From Asterionella formosa (lineage: Eukaryota): 37,713 nucleotides of DNA. The notes under the pieces were generated by a model, which was not told the origin of the DNA, did no database searches, and saw only the letters and a program-made list of their open reading frames with translations. The position numbers and the translations under genes are program-made. The stretch spans positions 1 through 37,713 of the forward strand of contig NKIB01015205.1 of NCBI GenBank assembly GCA_002256025.1, given 5' to 3'. Of the stretch, positions 33,027-37,713 are shown piece after piece (position 1 is the first letter of the stretch; every line of letters starts with the position of its first letter).

Positions 33027-33871
33027 AATGGTGATCATTGCCAGTTAAATTGAAAATATCCAGATAAACTATCTATTCGGAAATGTGCTTCCATCAGTGA
33101 CAATGATTGTAACTAGAACCTCCTACTTACCATACTCCGTACAATGATTCTCAGCAGCATGGATGGCCATAATCAGTAGACCACCTGTCTATAAATTGAC
33201 AAACATATAACACTCTGTCAGCTAGACTTCAGCATTTGTGCAGCTTCTTCTGTTAAGACATCGACCCTGGAGTAATTTCAGATAAGAATGCCCAATATTT
33301 CTATGCCAGCCAGCTACCAATTATATCATAAAGAAACAGGATAAAATTCTAGTTTTTTTAATGGCTGCACTTCTGTCAACCCTAATGGGAGGTAGTGTTT
33401 AGAACGAAAAATTAGTCGGATGATAGTCGAGCAAACACTTGTTTGTACTTAGTACCATGGTATTGGAACTCAATAACTTTGGCACTAATTTGCAAACCAG
33501 TGTGTACTTAGGAATGATATTCACTCTCATTTTGCTTTGCACATTGACAGAAGTTAGCTTTTAAAAATAGAAGATACATCATGTATGCTCACTCTACTCA
33601 GTTTCCTAATGTAAAAAGTTTTGGGCTAGTGTCATATTTGCTGACAAAAACTAGTTTGTATCACACTTTTCTGTATCATGGCTAGCACTTTCATCATCCT
33701 TTGTGGAAATGCAATACAAATAGTCTAAATAGTTGCAGCTATTCAGTCTAATCAAAGGAATAACCAAGCATAGCCAACTGAGAATCCCAGTGCACCTAAT
33801 TGAGAAATATGTAATTTTTCCCCGTAGTGTGAAAACGTCTTTCACCAGACTTTCCAGTAATATTCAGTCTA

Positions 33872-34005
33872 AATAATCTCAAGATAATACCTGTCATCTG
33901 TCAAAACTTTCTCAGCATCATCAATATTCTGATCCAATTCAGGTATCAGTCTCAATAATCTCAAGATTATACCTGTTGTCTATCAAAAATTTCTCAGCAT
34001 CATCA
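33872..34005. repeat. Diverged direct duplication (~52-bp units, 82 bp apart) in a decayed AT-rich region
   Basis: AATAATCTCAAGAT..TACCTGT...TCAAAA..TTCTCAGCATCATCA at 33872 and 33954. Confidence 0.75.
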
Positions 34006-35680
34006 TGCTCTTTGTTTATTCCAACCATTAACTCACTTGGAATCCTTTTCGATTGCTTGTAACCAAGAAGAAGTATTTCATCTGAAGACATTCTATTATA
34101 ATTGTTTGCACCCTCCTACAAATTTTTCTCGTGTTCATTTTCAAACATTCAATCTTTGTTTGCAAAGATTTTTCTGCAATATCAGATTTTCAACCTTGTC
34201 GTTTTTCATCAAAACTGATTGACCGCCCTCTTCATGATTCATCTGTATCGACAACAACTTCATAGCCATTTTCTGAAAAGATTCAATTTTCTGTGAAAAT
34301 GTTATATGCTGGCTGAGCGAAAGCAGCGTCAATTCTTAGCTATACCTCATCTTGTCACATACACCTTAATGCAATTACTGTATCCTGACAGCCTACCATA
34401 AAACCTGGTGTAAACTGTAACCGTTATTTTACTACATCTTCTAACTGAAAATATTTAATTAATTCATCAATCGAATCCTGATGCTGTACGAAGACTTGGA
34501 TCATGATAGAAATTGAGATGAGCCAACTATTTCACTTATATGATTATTGGACGAGAAGTATGACATGCACGATATATTTCTGCATCATCAAGCAGCAGAC
34601 AAAATGATTTTATGAATGCTTCTGGCAAGCCAACAACATCATGGTCAGCAATGTCTGAGCCTGTAGCATTCAGCTAGATAATCGCACCACAACTAGCTAG
34701 CTTGCAACTTGCAGCTTCGACTGTTGCAATAGAACCCTGACCAAGGATATCGCCATCGCAAATGTAATTGACATCACTAGTGTTGTTGTTGATTGTTGTT
34801 ATATGATGGTTAGCGAGTAAAATATAAAACTTGTTGCCACAATCAAGACAAAAGCATATGCCGCAGGACACAAAGAAAAAATTTACCATGTGATATTCTA
34901 CTAGCTAATGTGAGCTTAAAATATATTTCACTAAAATTGACACCATAATCTCATCAGCACACTGAATGTATGTGCATATCTTGACACCAAGTACACACAT
35001 TATTCCAGTAGGTCAATATGTACGGATATTTTCGTACATCATAATCTCAATATAAATGGACCAACATGATTGCCTGTCAGGTACTACTGTATTCTCATAT
35101 CCCTTGCTAATGGTGACCGGTAATAATACAATTATAGTACATATTTATCAACAACTAGCTAGAATACAATAATATGCTGTTATTTTTTCCTTAGACATAA
35201 AATATTTGCGAGTGTTGCCCCAGCTGTACAAAGGGGGATATGAGGTGTTAAAGTGAGCTTATCTACATAGTTATGACTCGGAGTCAAACGAGTCAAATGA
35301 GTCGATTGAGTCAACTTTGATGTACCAAGCTCTCATCAACCACACATTTCACGTTTTTACTCCGCCTATAATGAGCCAGATGATATACCGCAAGCTATTT
35401 CGGAAGACCGATAGTTTGAAAATGAATGATCTATGGTTATAAACCTATGATCAGTAAGTGTGAGATAGACATGGGCCTATGTATGATTGCATGTTTCTAT
35501 AAATGTACACAGCATTTGGAGAACAGTTCATTTGTTTGTTCAAACCGAACAACCCAAACTAGTTTAGTAAACTCACAATAAGAATATAGAAACGGAAAGA
35601 GAAACGAATGTATCTATCTATAGTCTTCTCTATCTAACTATTTAGATCTATCTAATAAAGGTAATATTTTAACAATGAGG

Positions 35681-35787
35681 CACCAGGTTTTATGCAAGTT
35701 GCGGTAATTTTGCTCAACTAAAGATTTAGCTATTTTTATCCAAGATTAAATTGTTGATTTAAGCAAAATGACCGCAACTTGCTGGTA
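35681..35787. mobile_element. Miniature inverted-repeat element (CCAG...CTGG|TA family)
   Basis: GCAAGTTGCGGTAATTTTGCT (~35694) is the reverse complement of AGCAAAATGACCGCAACTTGC (~35762) with one mismatch. Its right end is shared with 4174-4240. Confidence 0.65.
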
Positions 35788-36030
35788 CTCCACCAGCGAC
35801 TCTACATATGATATACCGTAATATACCGTTATACAATTACATACCGTTATATTTGTCTGATCAGAGCGAGTTGTCGGATTTCGAAGTTTTCACTATATAT
35901 CTAATACCGAGACGGGATGTGATGCTGATATTGATATTGCCAAACTTCGTTTCACTTCGATCACAGTCTTCAAGATCACTGCTGGTCAGAGTAGCGATCT
36001 TCTTTGGGGGAAGAAATTGAAATCCACTCC

Positions 36031-36972
36031 ATGTCGTTCGAAAATTATGCGCCGCAAGTTCAACCGATTGTTTCAATATCGTCGGCGTGGAGACCCGATG
36101 AGGCATTACCAGCGCAACCCCAAAAAGGCATTGACATCAGGCAAGCGCTCGATATATTGTCCTCTAGAGCCTCCAATGATCACGTTCATGGTCATTATCA
36201 TTCTTCTCATGACGGATGCTGCATGAACGTTCCCGAGGAAGCAAAAGTGATGGGTCAAACGATTGACTTGAACCAACAGAGTAATTTCTCCGAAGCGCTC
36301 GCTCACCGTGAGGCTCAAGAGCTATCACAGTCACTAGAAAAGACGCAGAAGCAATTGGAAGAGCTAAGGGGAGAACGAGAGATTGACCTACGAGCTAAAC
36401 TAGAAAGCATGAGCATTAGGGAATTACTTCAAACTGTCGTCGCGACACAAGAAGGGCGCGTGCTAACATATCGCGAGTATGATCGGTGAGTTCATGTACC
36501 TATGGAAGTCGAATCTATGCAGCGAAGTTCGACGTGATAAAAGACAGAAATTGACAACTCTGTCTCTACCGTCATTTGCAGTGGACTCGAGATAGTCTTG
36601 AAGACGGGCAACATGAGCAACTATCCAGAGATTTGCGTGAATGCTACCGCATCCTTTTCTGTCTTATCGGAAACAATCAAAACAATTGACTCCATTTTGG
36701 CACTGACACACAAGAGAAATGATCTGTCAGGGCTATTGCAGTCTTTGCAAAATTCCGAGCGAGAAAAGCTGAATCTTACTGCTGCGTTGCACTTGGAAAA
36801 ATTTCGGTTTAATGGTGAAGCTCAAGGTGAATCGACAGATGACAATCGAGCCGCAAAGCTATTCAGCGAGGGAATCTTAGCGTTGAAGCAACGGGTTCAC
36901 AAATGTGTTGATTGTATCAACGAAGTGTTGGAGGAGCTGAGATGTGCGATTGAGGAGGAGGTGGACAAATAA
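36031..36972 (+). CDS. REX1-B domain protein (exons 36031-36485, 36582-36972)
   Basis: QEGRVLTYREYD-RGL, TASFSVLSETI, LQNSEREKLNLTAAL and INEVLEELR fit the REX1-B pattern. The GT-AG intron keeps the frame. Confidence 0.78.
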
Positions 36973-37273
36973 GCTGATAATGTGATTGGTTGTGCTAGGA
37001 GTACAAAGTATAAGAGTCACCCTAGAGTAGAGAGTTTGACAACACCCCACAAGCAACTCAAAAATAGATGGAAGCAGCCTTCAAAATCATCATTAAGGTT
37101 GCGGCTCCGCAGTTACACATCGCGAGGTCATTTTTTCCCAAAGTAATTTTATGATGTACTTCAATCTACACAGTATGTACAACGAAATGAAATAGTTAAA
37201 GGTAAAATTAGCTTTCACCAATACGACCACTTTGCATATGCTTAGATACAGTCATGGGTCGACTTAGGGGTAT

Positions 37274-37557
37274 TGTTGAATATGTGTAACGGACACGTCG
37301 GTAACGGTTACACCAATTTCACCGATACTGACAGTGACCACACCAACCATGCCAGCGCGCAAACTAACGAACAAGACTGGACTACAGTTGAATCAAGGCA
37401 TTTCAGGATTAGAAATAGAGTGTCTGGTACCAGCGAAACTGGCTCACTTTCATTTAATTATTTGGTTTTATAAACGATACCATCCCGGTGTGCTTTTATC
37501 GTCGGATTCGTTGTTTTATGGACACGAAGACATATTGAGAACATTGTGGTTTCAACA
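37274..37557 (+). repeat. 5' LTR of a second LTR retrotransposon
   Basis: Terminal inverted repeats TGTTGAA...TTCAACA, 284 bp long, followed after 22 nt by a gag-like ORF. The partner LTR would lie outside the window. Confidence 0.7.
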
Positions 37558-37579
37558 TAATTAAATTAAAGTAAATAAG

Positions 37580-37713
37580 ATGGACAAGGTGAAAACAGAA
37601 GGTGGGGACGCCGCCACGAAGGTTGACAAGGATTTCGGCATTGATGCCAAGAAAAGAGGTCGCTTCAACTTCGGAAAGCAACAGGCATCCCGGACACCAG
37701 CCGCAACAAAATT
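37580..37713 (+). CDS. Partial gag N-terminus of the second LTR element (runs off the window)
   Basis: Open from the ATG: MDKVKTEGGDAATKVDKDFGIDAKKRGRFNFGKQQASRTPAATK..., hydrophilic and basic like CoDi gag starts. Confidence 0.5.
   Translation, partial: MDKVKTEGGDAATKVDKDFGIDAKKRGRFNFGKQQASRTPAATK

Noticed and set aside
33100..35250. Possible decayed minus-strand coding region
   Set aside because: Only fragmentary ORFs without recognisable motifs, so it is left unannotated apart from the duplication.

Overview
Eukaryotic nuclear DNA, almost certainly from a diatom (short GT-AG introns, ASAFAP-type bipartite plastid signals, CoDi-type Ty1/copia elements). About 13 host genes lie between decayed transposons: a 5'-nucleotidase with EF-hands, phytochelatin synthase, a plastid NAD(P)-binding atypical SDR, PEX19, a secreted Cys-rich protein, AAR2, a LYR-like/LON-N protein, a small protein with a bacterial-like domain, a RING-H2 ligase, RPL5, TMEM18, a REX1-B protein and one doubtful ORF. 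The transposons include PIF/Harbinger relics, a truncated LINE, a pogo-derived MITE with an older relative, a full-length degenerate CoDi LTR element, a copia gag relic and the start of a second LTR element. The main finding is that both LTR elements, whose LTRs look unrelated, lack a tRNA-type (TGG...) primer-binding site. Instead the 16 nt spanning the LTR 3' end are the reverse complement of a site inside their own LTR (16/16 and 15/16), which suggests Tf1-like self-primed reverse transcription. A second finding is that comparing the two LTRs of the first element shows TA-CGG-TA and TA-CCGG-TA insertions, typical of DNA-transposon excision footprints. These may explain the TACC/GGTA-rich clusters in promoters. 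All family assignments come from motif recognition by eye, not database searches.
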